Below are positions 1 through 8,059 of a DNA stretch of 24,644 nt, piece after piece. The notes below the pieces were generated by a model. The model worked only from the letters and a program-made list of their open reading frames with translations, had not been told where the DNA came from and made no database searches. Positions within the stretch are counted from its first letter, which is position 1. The number at the start of each line of letters is the position of its first letter. The DNA lies in IMG/VR virus record IMGVR_UViG_3300005326_000292, positions 1 to 24,644 of that record. The stretch is one strand, 5' to 3'. This DNA is from a virus (taxonomy: Duplodnaviria > Caudoviricetes). The translations under genes and the position numbers were made by a program.

Positions 1-113
1 ACAGGCGATCGTGCCAATGCAGCCACCACAGGCAATCGTGCCAATGCAGCCACCACAGGCGAAGGTGCCAATGCAGCCACCACAGGCTATTGTGCCAATG
101 CAGCCACCACAGG
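1..113 (+). repeat. 27-bp coding tandem repeat, 4 copies plus a partial copy (acaggcNNNNgtgccaatgcagccacc)
   Basis: Units at 1-27, 28-54, 55-81 and 82-108 differ only in two codons (DR, NR, EG, YC). Confidence 0.95.
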
Positions 114-321
114 GAGAAATACAATTGCGGCTGCTATCGGTATTAATTCTATGGCAAAAGCTTCTTTGGGTAATTGGATCGTTGTCGCTGAGTGGAAATG
201 GCTGAATGGTGAATGGACGCCGGTATGCGTAAAAGCCACTAAGGTGGATGGCACAACGATAAAGGCCGACACCTATTATAAACTCCAGGACGGGGAATTT
301 GTTGAAAGCAAGGAGGCATAG
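1..321 (+). CDS. 3' part of a phage repeat-containing protein (TGxxANAAT repeats; C-terminus VDGTTIKADTYYKLQDGEF), 5'-truncated by the window
   Basis: Frame +1 is open from base 1 to TAG 319-321 (TGDRANAATTGNRANAATT...). The C-terminal motif is one I recognise from a common phage repeat-protein family. The track's 11..205 ORF is the wrong frame. Confidence 0.8.
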   Translation, partial: TGDRANAATTGNRANAATTGEGANAATTGYCANAATTGRNTIAAAIGINSMAKASLGNWIVVAEWKWLNGEWTPVCVKATKVDGTTIKADTYYKLQDGEFVESKEA

Positions 322-323
322 CC

Positions 324-641
324 ATGGAAGAACTAACCAACAACATCATATTAGCTTTTGTCCTCTTGGTCATCCTGATCGCCTGCTGCATCATCGGCAG
401 TATCGTATATGAAGCGGCAGTAAAAGAGAGAAAGAAAAAGCTGGACGAATCCAGCAATAACAAATCCAAGGCAATTGTACCACAATCCAGTGGGCGCATC
501 AAGTGTTTATGCCAATGTAACAACAAAGATAGGCAGAACGGTCAGTATTGCAGGTATGACGTTGTTCACCATGACGAACTAGGCATGTGTGTGATGAAGT
601 CGCAGGATTGGTCATTACCGAGGATTGATGTGAGGGGATAG
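324..641 (+). CDS. Hypothetical phage protein with N-terminal transmembrane helix
   Basis: AGGAGG RBS upstream; hydrophobic stretch IILAFVLLVILIACCIIGSIV. Confidence 0.7.
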   Translation: MEELTNNIILAFVLLVILIACCIIGSIVYEAAVKERKKKLDESSNNKSKAIVPQSSGRIKCLCQCNNKDRQNGQYCRYDVVHHDELGMCVMKSQDWSLPRIDVRG

Positions 642-651
642 GGGGGAGAGT

Positions 652-798
652 ATGAGGTTCTTCTTACGCTACGACGGCAAATATGAAGATGTTGTTTTGA
701 TAGAAGGTGAAACATCGCAAATTTGTCTTGCGAAAGCATTGACAGAGCGAGACAAGCGTGGATGGGAACCGGAATATTGCGATATGAAAGAGGTTTAG
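652..798 (+). CDS. Small hypothetical protein (48 aa, MRFFLRYDGKYEDVVLIEG...)
   Basis: Manually translated; GGGGGGAGAG RBS, ATG 652, TAG 796-798; below the track's size cut-off. Confidence 0.6.
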   Translation: MRFFLRYDGKYEDVVLIEGETSQICLAKALTERDKRGWEPEYCDMKEV

Positions 799-988
799 TT
801 TTTCCCTTGCCGCCACCGGACAGAGCATATGCGAATCCGACGGCACTGTGGAATATGGGCGGCGGCTGAAAGTTTACCATACGGATGGGTCTGTTTGACC
901 ACTATAAACAACATTCGGTAGCCAATAAGTGAACGAGAAAATATAAACAATGGTTCTGCCGCCCAAAAATAAATAAAGGAGGGGTAAC

Positions 989-1165
989 GTGGTTAAAAAA
1001 ATTCCAAAGAACACGTATGAAGCATATCGCAAAGGGGATATAGTGGGCGAATACGTCATAATGACCGTAAAAGCAAGTAGTGTACAAAATGCGGTCAAAT
1101 TGATAAAGGAACAACTAAAAAAGTTATACGGCGATGAAAAGCATTTTAATATTCGGCAGAAATGA
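989..1165 (+). CDS. Small hypothetical protein (58 aa, MVKKIPKNTYEAYRKG...)
   Basis: Manually translated; AAGGAGGGG RBS, GTG start, TGA 1163-1165. Confidence 0.65.
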   Translation: MVKKIPKNTYEAYRKGDIVGEYVIMTVKASSVQNAVKLIKEQLKKLYGDEKHFNIRQK

Positions 1166-1263
1166 ACAGAGGGAGGCCACCCATGGGACGAGTACATGAA
1201 TACGATCCCGTAATACAAGCCAAGGTGACGGGGCGGGAGAATCCGGAGAAGGGGGAAAAGTAA
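1162..1263 (+). CDS. Possible 33-aa coupling mini-ORF (MNRGRPPMGRVHEYDP...)
   Basis: ATGA overlap with the upstream ORF and TAATG overlap with the downstream ORF; very short. Confidence 0.35.
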   Translation: MNRGRPPMGRVHEYDPVIQAKVTGRENPEKGEK

Positions 1264-1661
1264 TGTTTAATCAAGGCGATACAATTTACTACTTTGAAAT
1301 AAAAATAGACTTCCTGAAAAATAAGGCTTTAACGGCAGAATCAACCAACCACGTTATCGCATCCAACGATGAATTGTTTGTTATTGATGATAAGACATTT
1401 ACCCGGCTTCAGTATAAAGAGACAAAATATTCTTCATATGATCCGTTCAAAGTGGCAAAGGTGAGCAAATTCTATTTGAACCCGTATTTTGATGAAATCA
1501 GAGGACGCATATACACAGACAATAAGAGCCGCAGAATAGCCCATAATGCTATTAAAAAGGCATTGACTGATTATATGTATGAGAATTACGGGCGGTACTG
1601 CAAAGGCATTGATTTACTTGAAACACTGAAAGATGTTGATAACCCGGCACAGCCGGAGTAA
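1263..1661 (+). CDS. Hypothetical phage protein
   Basis: 132-aa ORF with G-rich RBS in operon context. Confidence 0.7.
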   Translation: MFNQGDTIYYFEIKIDFLKNKALTAESTNHVIASNDELFVIDDKTFTRLQYKETKYSSYDPFKVAKVSKFYLNPYFDEIRGRIYTDNKSRRIAHNAIKKALTDYMYENYGRYCKGIDLLETLKDVDNPAQPE

Positions 1662-1666
1662 GGGGA

Positions 1667-2326
1667 ATGAAGGGAATGGATGATTTAAAGAAGGTATCCA
1701 AGGGGCATGCGATTTATAAACTTTCAGACGGTAAGCGAGTACCGGGGACAACAACGGTATTGGGTGTACTGAATAAACCCGCACTGGTAGCATGGGCGAA
1801 CAAATTAGGACTTGAAGGTATAGACAGCAGCCGGTATGTGGATGAATCAGCAAAGATCGGTACACTGGCGCATTACCTTGTACAGTGTCATTTGACTAAG
1901 CAGGAACCGGATTTATCGCAGTATGGAAAGTTTGAGATCGACAAGGCTGAAAATGCGCTGATTTCATATTTCGAGTGGGAGAAGTCAAGGAAGATCGTAC
2001 CCATAGAAAATGAATTACCGCTTGTGTCGGAGGCATACGGATACGGCGGTACGATAGACTGCTATTGCTCTATTGATGGCGAAATATGGTTGCTTGATTT
2101 CAAGACCGGTAAGGCAATATATCCTGAAATGCTTATACAACTTGCGGCATATAGGCAATTGCTGAACGAAAATGGTTTTGAGGTACAAAAGGCAAAAATC
2201 CTGCGGATTGGCAGGGATGAAACAGAAGGATTTGAGGAACGCACCATAACGGATTTTACGCTTCAATGGGAGCTATTTAAGCATTGTCTGGAAATTTATA
2301 AGTTGCAAAAGCAGATCGGAGGTTAA
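1667..2326 (+). CDS. PD-(D/E)XK (RecB/Cas4-like) phage exonuclease
   Basis: VPGTTTVL N-terminal motif; E..L...YGGTID...LLDFKTG...QLAAY nuclease motifs; lies next to a Sak4-like gene. Confidence 0.85.
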   Translation: MKGMDDLKKVSKGHAIYKLSDGKRVPGTTTVLGVLNKPALVAWANKLGLEGIDSSRYVDESAKIGTLAHYLVQCHLTKQEPDLSQYGKFEIDKAENALISYFEWEKSRKIVPIENELPLVSEAYGYGGTIDCYCSIDGEIWLLDFKTGKAIYPEMLIQLAAYRQLLNENGFEVQKAKILRIGRDETEGFEERTITDFTLQWELFKHCLEIYKLQKQIGG

Positions 2327-2330
2327 ATAT

Positions 2331-2978
2331 ATGGCTATTCCCGTCTTGATAATTGGCAAAAGTGGTTCTGGCAAGAGCGCAAGTTTGCGAAATTGCCTGT
2401 CTGGATTTGGGCTTATAAAAGTACTAGATAAGCCCCTTCCATTTAAGGGGAAGATTCCCCATGGCGTAACGGATGATTATAACAAAGTAAAAACATGGCT
2501 GGCGGGAGCAAAGGAAAAATCTATCGTGATCGACGATGCCGGGTATCTGATTACTAACCATTTTATGAACAACCATTCATCGGCAGGCAAGGGAAATGGA
2601 GTGTTTAGTCTGTATAACGAAATAGGCGATAAGTTCTGGAACTTGGTACAGTTTGTTTCCTTACAACTTCCGGCAGACACCATTGTATACATCATCATGC
2701 ACGAGGATACAAACGATTTCGGGGATATCAAACCCAAGACCATAGGCAAGATGCTGGATGAAAAGGTATGTCTGGAAGGAATGTTTACCATCGTTCTGCG
2801 GTGTGTCAGTAGTGAAAACAAGCACTTATTTATTACCCAATCAGCAAACGGCGCAGTAAGCAAATCCCCAATCGGTATGTTTGATTCAATGGAAATCGAC
2901 AACGATTTGAAAATTGTTGACGAAAAGATCAGGGAGTATTTTGAACTTGATAAAACTGTAAAGGAGAAAGAAAAATGA
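2331..2978 (+). CDS. Sak4-like AAA ATPase (phage recombinase/nucleotide-binding protein)
   Basis: Walker A GKSGSGKS, Walker B IVIDD, conserved KTIGKMLDEK...EGMFTIVL and KSPIGMF. Confidence 0.85.
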   Translation: MAIPVLIIGKSGSGKSASLRNCLSGFGLIKVLDKPLPFKGKIPHGVTDDYNKVKTWLAGAKEKSIVIDDAGYLITNHFMNNHSSAGKGNGVFSLYNEIGDKFWNLVQFVSLQLPADTIVYIIMHEDTNDFGDIKPKTIGKMLDEKVCLEGMFTIVLRCVSSENKHLFITQSANGAVSKSPIGMFDSMEIDNDLKIVDEKIREYFELDKTVKEKEK

Positions 2979-3529
2979 AGAAGTATGCGGATTACGATAA
3001 GACCGAGGCATTCACAGGCGATTACGAACAGCTTGAACCAGGCGGTTATGTGTGCAAGATTCTGAAAGTTGTCTTGGAGGAAAAGGATTACGGTCACCTT
3101 CTCCGGATAGGATTTGACATTGCTGAAGGTGAACACAAGGACTTTTATAAGCGTCAGTTTGCCCGGAAGAAGGAAAGTAACGCTGATGCCAAGTGGCCGG
3201 GGATGTATTACCAAACTGTCAAGCAGGACGATTTACGCTTCTTTAAGGGGTTCATAGTGGCGATTGAAAACTCTAATCCCGGATTCAAGTGGGATTGGGA
3301 CGAGCAGAAACTTACTGGAAAACTTTTCGGCGGCGTATTTGGCGAGGAAGAATTTGAAATCAAGCAAGGTAAGAAAGCCGGGGAGATCGGCACTGTTGTA
3401 AAATGTCGCTACATACGCACTGTTGAACAGGTAAGGAATGGCGTTGACATCCCGGAAGTAAAGCGGCTGACATCGGTTACGAGTGCAGGGACATCGGCTG
3501 ATTTAAGCGAAGATTCCTTACCCTTCTAG
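2975..3529 (+). CDS. Phage ssDNA-binding protein-like (DUF669-type)
   Basis: LEPGGYVCKI N-terminus, acidic C-terminal tail ending EDSLPF; directly downstream of Sak4-like gene. Confidence 0.7.
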   Translation: MKKYADYDKTEAFTGDYEQLEPGGYVCKILKVVLEEKDYGHLLRIGFDIAEGEHKDFYKRQFARKKESNADAKWPGMYYQTVKQDDLRFFKGFIVAIENSNPGFKWDWDEQKLTGKLFGGVFGEEEFEIKQGKKAGEIGTVVKCRYIRTVEQVRNGVDIPEVKRLTSVTSAGTSADLSEDSLPF

Positions 3530-3531
3530 CC

Positions 3532-3885
3532 ATGCTAGTACAACCTATACCAAAGCCGAAGATAAAGCACAAAAGAGCGAAGAACAACAAGACACCAACG
3601 ATAAATGACATTTGCCGGTATTGCCACAGCGTTTTCGCCTCCACCCATGAGGTATTCGAAGGAACCGGCAGACGGCAACTGTCTATTGAGTACGAAATGC
3701 AGGTTAAGGTGTGTGACAGGTGCCACAAAGACATTATGTCTCACCCCTTGACCGGCAGGGATATGGCACTAAAGAAAGAGTATCAAGCGATATTTGAAGC
3801 ACAGCACGGACACGATCTGTACATGAAATGTTTTGTGGTTGATTACATAAGGGCTTGTGACAAGTTTAAACCGAAATTAAATTAA
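3532..3885 (+). CDS. Zn-binding HNH-like phage protein
   Basis: CRYC...THEVF.G..R...VCDRCH pattern. Confidence 0.6.
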   Translation: MLVQPIPKPKIKHKRAKNNKTPTINDICRYCHSVFASTHEVFEGTGRRQLSIEYEMQVKVCDRCHKDIMSHPLTGRDMALKKEYQAIFEAQHGHDLYMKCFVVDYIRACDKFKPKLN

Positions 3886-3955
3886 CGACAGCAGGGTAAG
3901 GACTGGATAGCCACAGTGGGGACGCATGAATAAAAGAATGCGAAGGAGTGAGGAT

Positions 3956-4120
3956 ATGAAAAAGGCGGTAAAACCAGAATTATTATACGGCAATTATGAC
4001 GCAGAACCTTTTGTATTTACACCTGTTATTTGCCCGAATTGCGGTAAGGATGTGCCGTATACAAATTATTGTTGTGAATGCGGGCAAAAGTTTATAGTTC
4101 CAATGAAATCAGATGATTAA
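3956..4120 (+). CDS. Small zinc-ribbon protein
   Basis: CPNCG...YCCECGQK; GAGG RBS before ATG 3956 (alternative start 3926). Confidence 0.65.
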   Translation: MKKAVKPELLYGNYDAEPFVFTPVICPNCGKDVPYTNYCCECGQKFIVPMKSDD

Positions 4121-4158
4121 TGCACATTATAAGCTTTACACGAAAGCGAGGGGATAAT

Positions 4159-4554
4159 GTGAGGGAATATAAATTCCGTGGTAAACGGAAAGACAATGGG
4201 GAATGGGTGGAAGGGTATTACCACTACGATGATACAGGGTACATTGGTGCACATTATATTACTACAATTAGCAACATGGATGTGTGTGAGGTAGACCCCG
4301 ACACAGTAGGTCAATATACCGGCCTAAAGGACAAAAACGGTGTGGAGATATATGAGGGGGATATAGTAACGGCCAATTGGTATGACTATTCAGAGCCAAG
4401 TCATACCGTCACGGGTGAAGTATTTTTCAATGAAGGGATGCTAACATATTGCATACTTGACGAAGAAAAGCAAGTCTCACATGAAATGAATTACCATGGG
4501 CATTATCACTGGGATATAGAGGTCATCGGCAACCGTTGGGAAAGCGAGGGGTAG
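4159..4554 (+). CDS. YopX family protein
   Basis: MREYKFRGKR...GQYTGLKDKNGVEIYEGDIV...EVIGN; GTG 4159 with RBS (track start is 4120). Confidence 0.9.
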   Translation: MREYKFRGKRKDNGEWVEGYYHYDDTGYIGAHYITTISNMDVCEVDPDTVGQYTGLKDKNGVEIYEGDIVTANWYDYSEPSHTVTGEVFFNEGMLTYCILDEEKQVSHEMNYHGHYHWDIEVIGNRWESEG

Positions 4555-4555
4555 T

Positions 4556-4954
4556 ATGAGGAAATTTAGGGTATGGTGCAAAGATAGAAACGAATGGGAA
4601 AGCCACAGTACTTGCTTGAGAAGCGACGGACAACTACTGCACCTTGATAACGGCAGGATAATGCCACTAGGGAAAGACAACCATGTAGTTGAATTTTACA
4701 CCGGCCTCCACGACAGCAAGCGCACAGCAGAATATCCAGAGGGGCAGCCTATCTATGAAGGGGATGTAGTAAGACGTACCTGTGATTTAGTCGGCGCGGA
4801 AGACGACGGATTCATTGGTATTGTGAAATATCAATGTGCAGCTTTTTATCTTGAAAGCCTTGATGGGAAAGACGGTAGATACCTATGGGATGATGTGCAG
4901 GAACTTGAGGTAATCTGCAACATACACGATAATCCGGAATTGATTGCGGGATAA
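4556..4954 (+). CDS. YopX family protein (second copy)
   Basis: KFRVW...YTGLHDSK...IYEGDVV...EVICNIHDNPEL. Confidence 0.9.
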   Translation: MRKFRVWCKDRNEWESHSTCLRSDGQLLHLDNGRIMPLGKDNHVVEFYTGLHDSKRTAEYPEGQPIYEGDVVRRTCDLVGAEDDGFIGIVKYQCAAFYLESLDGKDGRYLWDDVQELEVICNIHDNPELIAG

Positions 4955-4965
4955 GGGGTGATGGT

Positions 4966-5739
4966 GTGGCAGAGAGGCGCATGTTTGCAAAAACAATAAT
5001 AGATTCAGACGCATTCCTTGATATGCCAAGTTCAGCAAGGTTATTATACTACGACCTGGGTATGAGGGCAGATGATGATGGATTCTGCAACTCACCCAAA
5101 AAAATAATGCGCATATCCGGAGCGTCCGAGGATGATATAAAATTACTGATCGCAAAGAAATTTATTATTCCATTTGAATCCGGTATTATTGTCATAAAAC
5201 ACTGGAGAATCAATAACTTTATCGCCAAAGATAGGTACACGGAAACAAAATACAAAGAAGAAAAAGCAACACTGTCGCTTGATGAAAATAAAGCATATAC
5301 GTCAACAAAATGTATACATAGTGTCAACGGAATGGATACACAGGTTAGGTTAGGTAAGGTAAGTATAGGTAATAAAAGATTATTCGTTCAAGATTCTTTT
5401 GAACTTCGCCTTGCCGAACAACTAAAAAACTATATTCTCAAAAACAACCCCAACGCCAGAGTGCCATCCGACCTGCAAAAATGGGCGAGGGAATTTGATT
5501 TAATGATGCGCCTTGATAAACGTACTGCGGAACAAATAAATGCCGTAATGGAATTCAGTCAAAATGATTCATTCTGGATGTCAAATATATTAAGCGCAGG
5601 AAAATTACGTGAACAGTTTGATAAATTGTGGTTGCAAAAAAGCCGGAAGAACCAGCCGCAAAAATCTACTCATGAAAAAAACATGGACACTATGCAGGAA
5701 TGGCTTGCAGAAAGTGAGGCTGAAGATGCAAAGGATTGA
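4966..5739 (+). CDS. Phage replisome organizer / replication initiator
   Basis: MAERRMFAKTIIDSDAFLDMP...ADDDGF N-terminus; QVRLGK linker; DSFWMSNILSAGKLREQFDKL C-terminal domain. Confidence 0.88.
   Translation: MAERRMFAKTIIDSDAFLDMPSSARLLYYDLGMRADDDGFCNSPKKIMRISGASEDDIKLLIAKKFIIPFESGIIVIKHWRINNFIAKDRYTETKYKEEKATLSLDENKAYTSTKCIHSVNGMDTQVRLGKVSIGNKRLFVQDSFELRLAEQLKNYILKNNPNARVPSDLQKWAREFDLMMRLDKRTAEQINAVMEFSQNDSFWMSNILSAGKLREQFDKLWLQKSRKNQPQKSTHEKNMDTMQEWLAESEAEDAKD
5301..5372. repeat. Candidate replication-origin iterons inside the initiator gene
   Basis: gtcaacaaaatgtataca (5301-5318) and gtcaacggaatggataca (5323-5340) at 22-bp spacing, followed by aggtt/aggta pentamer repeats. Confidence 0.45.
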
Positions 5740-6247
5740 CTTCGGAAAGATCATGGCAGTACTGAACAGCAGTTACAAAACGCAGCCGCTTGCCAAGGAA
5801 ACATTGGAAATCTGGTATCGCTCATTGTCTGACATTGATTACACTCTGGCGCAGAAAGCCGTTGAAAAGATTCTCCTGACCTCCAAGTTTTATCCGACAA
5901 TTGCAGAAATCCGGGAAACGTGCCTGTCGCTGATCGAGGGGAAGAAGGTTACAGGGTTGGAAGCCTGGGGGATATTCAGAAAGTATATAAACTTATACAG
6001 CACCGCCGAGAATTATGAGAAGTTGAAGCAAGATCATCCTGACATATATGCCCTTGTCCATGCAGTAGGCGGTAGGGAATTGTTATCTGGTAATGCGGAT
6101 TTTGTAAGACCGGAATTTGAACGGATGTACAACGAACACCGGGACACGCTGAAAAAAGAAAAGATGCTGCCGGCCGGATTCACGCAGGACGTTGAAAAGT
6201 TAAGGGGTACAATATACCGGCAGATTGCAGCCGGGGATGAGGTATAG
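5726..6247 (+). CDS. Replicative helicase loader/inhibitor (SPP1 G39P-like)
   Basis: EIWYRSLSDIDY...SKFYPTIAEIRE...EAW motif; directly after the initiator; probable start ATG 5726. Confidence 0.8.
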   Translation: MQRIDFGKIMAVLNSSYKTQPLAKETLEIWYRSLSDIDYTLAQKAVEKILLTSKFYPTIAEIRETCLSLIEGKKVTGLEAWGIFRKYINLYSTAENYEKLKQDHPDIYALVHAVGGRELLSGNADFVRPEFERMYNEHRDTLKKEKMLPAGFTQDVEKLRGTIYRQIAAGDEV

Positions 6248-6914
6248 ACAAATGACGTTCATTGATTTTTTCGCAGGAATAGGCGGTTTTAGATTGGGTA
6301 TGGAAATGGCTGGACATAAATGTGTCGGTCATTGTGAGATAGATAAATTTGCGGATAAATCATACAGGGCAATGCACGATGTAGGGGGGGATGAATGGTA
6401 TGCAGATGACATTAGAAGAGTTGATGCCGGGGATATGCCCGAAGCAGACTGTTGGTGTGGAGGGTTTCCTTGCCAGGCTTTTTCCGTGGCTGGCAAACGG
6501 AGAGGATTTGAAGATATGCGAGGAACTCTTATCTTTGAAGTATTCCGGCTTGCGGAACAAAGAAAACCCAAGATTCTTTTCCTTGAAAACGTGGCGGGAC
6601 TCCTTAACCATGATGGAGGACGGACCTTCGGAACAATCCTTTGTGGACTTTGGGAACTTGGGTATGATGTCCAATGGCAGGTGCTTAATTCTAAAAACTT
6701 CGGAGTTCCTCAAAACAGGGAAAGGGTGTTCATTATCGGACATCATGGAGCAGGAAGTGGACGAGAAGTATTTCCTATCTATGGCACAAACGGCAAAGCT
6801 ATTAAGAAGCATCAATCAGACATCAGTGGAAAAGGATATTTTAGCCAACAAGACAGAGTTTACGAATCAGGGGGGGGTAATGGGGTGCATACCTTCAACA
6901 AGGACGGAGAATAA
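6237..6914 (+). CDS. dcm: C5 cytosine DNA methyltransferase, N-terminal catalytic part (motifs I-VIII)
   Basis: DFFAGIGG (I), GGFPCQAFS (IV), FLENV (VI), PQNRERVFIIG (VIII); frame ends shortly after a G8 run. Confidence 0.9.
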   Translation: MRYRQMTFIDFFAGIGGFRLGMEMAGHKCVGHCEIDKFADKSYRAMHDVGGDEWYADDIRRVDAGDMPEADCWCGGFPCQAFSVAGKRRGFEDMRGTLIFEVFRLAEQRKPKILFLENVAGLLNHDGGRTFGTILCGLWELGYDVQWQVLNSKNFGVPQNRERVFIIGHHGAGSGREVFPIYGTNGKAIKKHQSDISGKGYFSQQDRVYESGGGNGVHTFNKDGE

Positions 6915-7074
6915 AGTTAATGTTTTGATTAAAAGTCCACAAGCTTTGTCTGATGGGGGGGTGGGTATTTCTTACTGCATCGACAGCAATTACCAGAAGG
7001 GAATCAACACGTTCGACAAATGCAGGAGGACACACATTCTCGATAGTGGGGAAGGATGGAAGGATGAAGAATAA
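6391..7074 (+). CDS. Overlapping +1-frame ORF in the MTase gene (resembles alternative-frame beta polypeptides of C5 MTases)
   Basis: 227 codons open; GMMSNGRCLILKTSEF...CSLSDIMEQEVDEKYFLS resembles the M.EcoHK31I beta type from memory; distal part carries TRD-like CIDSNYQKG. Confidence 0.6.
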   Translation: MNGMQMTLEELMPGICPKQTVGVEGFLARLFPWLANGEDLKICEELLSLKYSGLRNKENPRFFSLKTWRDSLTMMEDGPSEQSFVDFGNLGMMSNGRCLILKTSEFLKTGKGCSLSDIMEQEVDEKYFLSMAQTAKLLRSINQTSVEKDILANKTEFTNQGGVMGCIPSTRTENKVNVLIKSPQALSDGGVGISYCIDSNYQKGINTFDKCRRTHILDSGEGWKDEE

Positions 7075-7687
7075 AGAATACGCAAGTTGCTTGACAGGCG
7101 GTGGGCATAGCGGGGGAAATCATTCGGACATGGATCTGATAGTGCAACCATACAAACCGAATAGTGAAGGAAATGTGCTATGTATTGATGCAAATTATTA
7201 CAAAGGAGTTTTGGCACATCAAGACAGAACGGGAGTTTTGGAAGTCAGGCCAATTCTAACACCTGACCGAGCAGAGAAGCGCCAGAACGGGCGAAGGGTG
7301 AAGGAACCGGGAGAGGAAATGTTTACCCTGACGGGGCAGGATCGGCATGGGGTAATAATTACAGAAGCCACTAAGAAAGGTTACAACATTGCATATGAGG
7401 GTGACAGCATCAATCTTGCTGTGCCAGGAAGCAAGACAAGACGTGGCAGAGTAGGGGGGGCAATGGCAAACACACTTGACACCTCTTGTAATCAAGGGAC
7501 CATACAGAATGCAAGAATCCGCCGGCTTACTCCGAAAGAATGTTTCAGGCTTCAAGGATTTCCTGATGAATATTTCAACAAGGCGGCAACAGTAAATTCA
7601 GACAGCCAACTATACAAGCAAGCCGGGAATTCCGTGACCGTCAATGTGATATATGAAATCGCAAAGAGATTGGAGGTATACCTATGA
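7064..7687 (+). CDS. dcm: C5 DNA methyltransferase, C-terminal part (TRD repeats, motifs IX-X)
   Basis: RRLTPKECFRLQGFPD (IX), QLYKQAGNSVTVNV (X), TRRGRVG; ATG 7064 overlaps the stop of the previous frame (frame open from 6953). Confidence 0.88.
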   Translation: MKNKEYASCLTGGGHSGGNHSDMDLIVQPYKPNSEGNVLCIDANYYKGVLAHQDRTGVLEVRPILTPDRAEKRQNGRRVKEPGEEMFTLTGQDRHGVIITEATKKGYNIAYEGDSINLAVPGSKTRRGRVGGAMANTLDTSCNQGTIQNARIRRLTPKECFRLQGFPDEYFNKAATVNSDSQLYKQAGNSVTVNVIYEIAKRLEVYL

Positions 7688-7866
7688 AGAAAATATATCC
7701 ACCAATTACACTCAAGATATACATATTCGCTTTAATCATATCCATTTGCTTATTTTTTATATGTCTGTCCTCTGCGAACACACATTCGCGGGTAAAATTT
7801 ACCTTCAAAAACAGGCGAGGCTACAGGGGCAATTTTGGACGAAATAGAGGTATCGCAAATAAATAA
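7684..7866 (+). CDS. Small hypothetical membrane protein
   Basis: GGAGG RBS, ATGA overlap, hydrophobic segment. Confidence 0.5.
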   Translation: MKKIYPPITLKIYIFALIISICLFFICLSSANTHSRVKFTFKNRRGYRGNFGRNRGIANK

Positions 7867-8041
7867 ACTCACCACGGATTTACAGCAGCGCATAGACAAA
7901 ATGGACGAGATTATACGGGAGTATGAGCGGATCAACCGGGAGAATGAGGCAAGGAAGGATGAATTGGCGGGATTCGATACTTGGCTGGAAGAAAAGTACA
8001 ACATGAGCGGACATAATGAACTGTACGAGAAAACACATTGA
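7835..8041 (+). CDS. Small coiled-coil hypothetical protein
   Basis: 68-aa charged helical ORF in operon context. Confidence 0.55.
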   Translation: MDEIEVSQINKLTTDLQQRIDKMDEIIREYERINRENEARKDELAGFDTWLEEKYNMSGHNELYEKTH

Positions 8042-8059
8042 GGGGGAGGGGGAAGGGGA

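Noticed and set aside
1-113. CRISPR-like array
   Set aside because: The variable part is only 4 nt and the unit is 27 bp in an open frame; this is a coding repeat
11-205. Track ORF MPMQPPQ...
   Set aside because: Alternative frame of the repeat; frame +1 (1-321) gives the recognisable protein
1667-2326. Cas4 / CRISPR system
   Set aside because: No cas1/cas2 or array; the context (Sak4, SSB) indicates a recombination exonuclease
2477-3214. 245-aa minus-strand ORF, and other minus-strand track ORFs
   Set aside because: Antisense shadows of well-supported + strand genes, with no recognisable motifs
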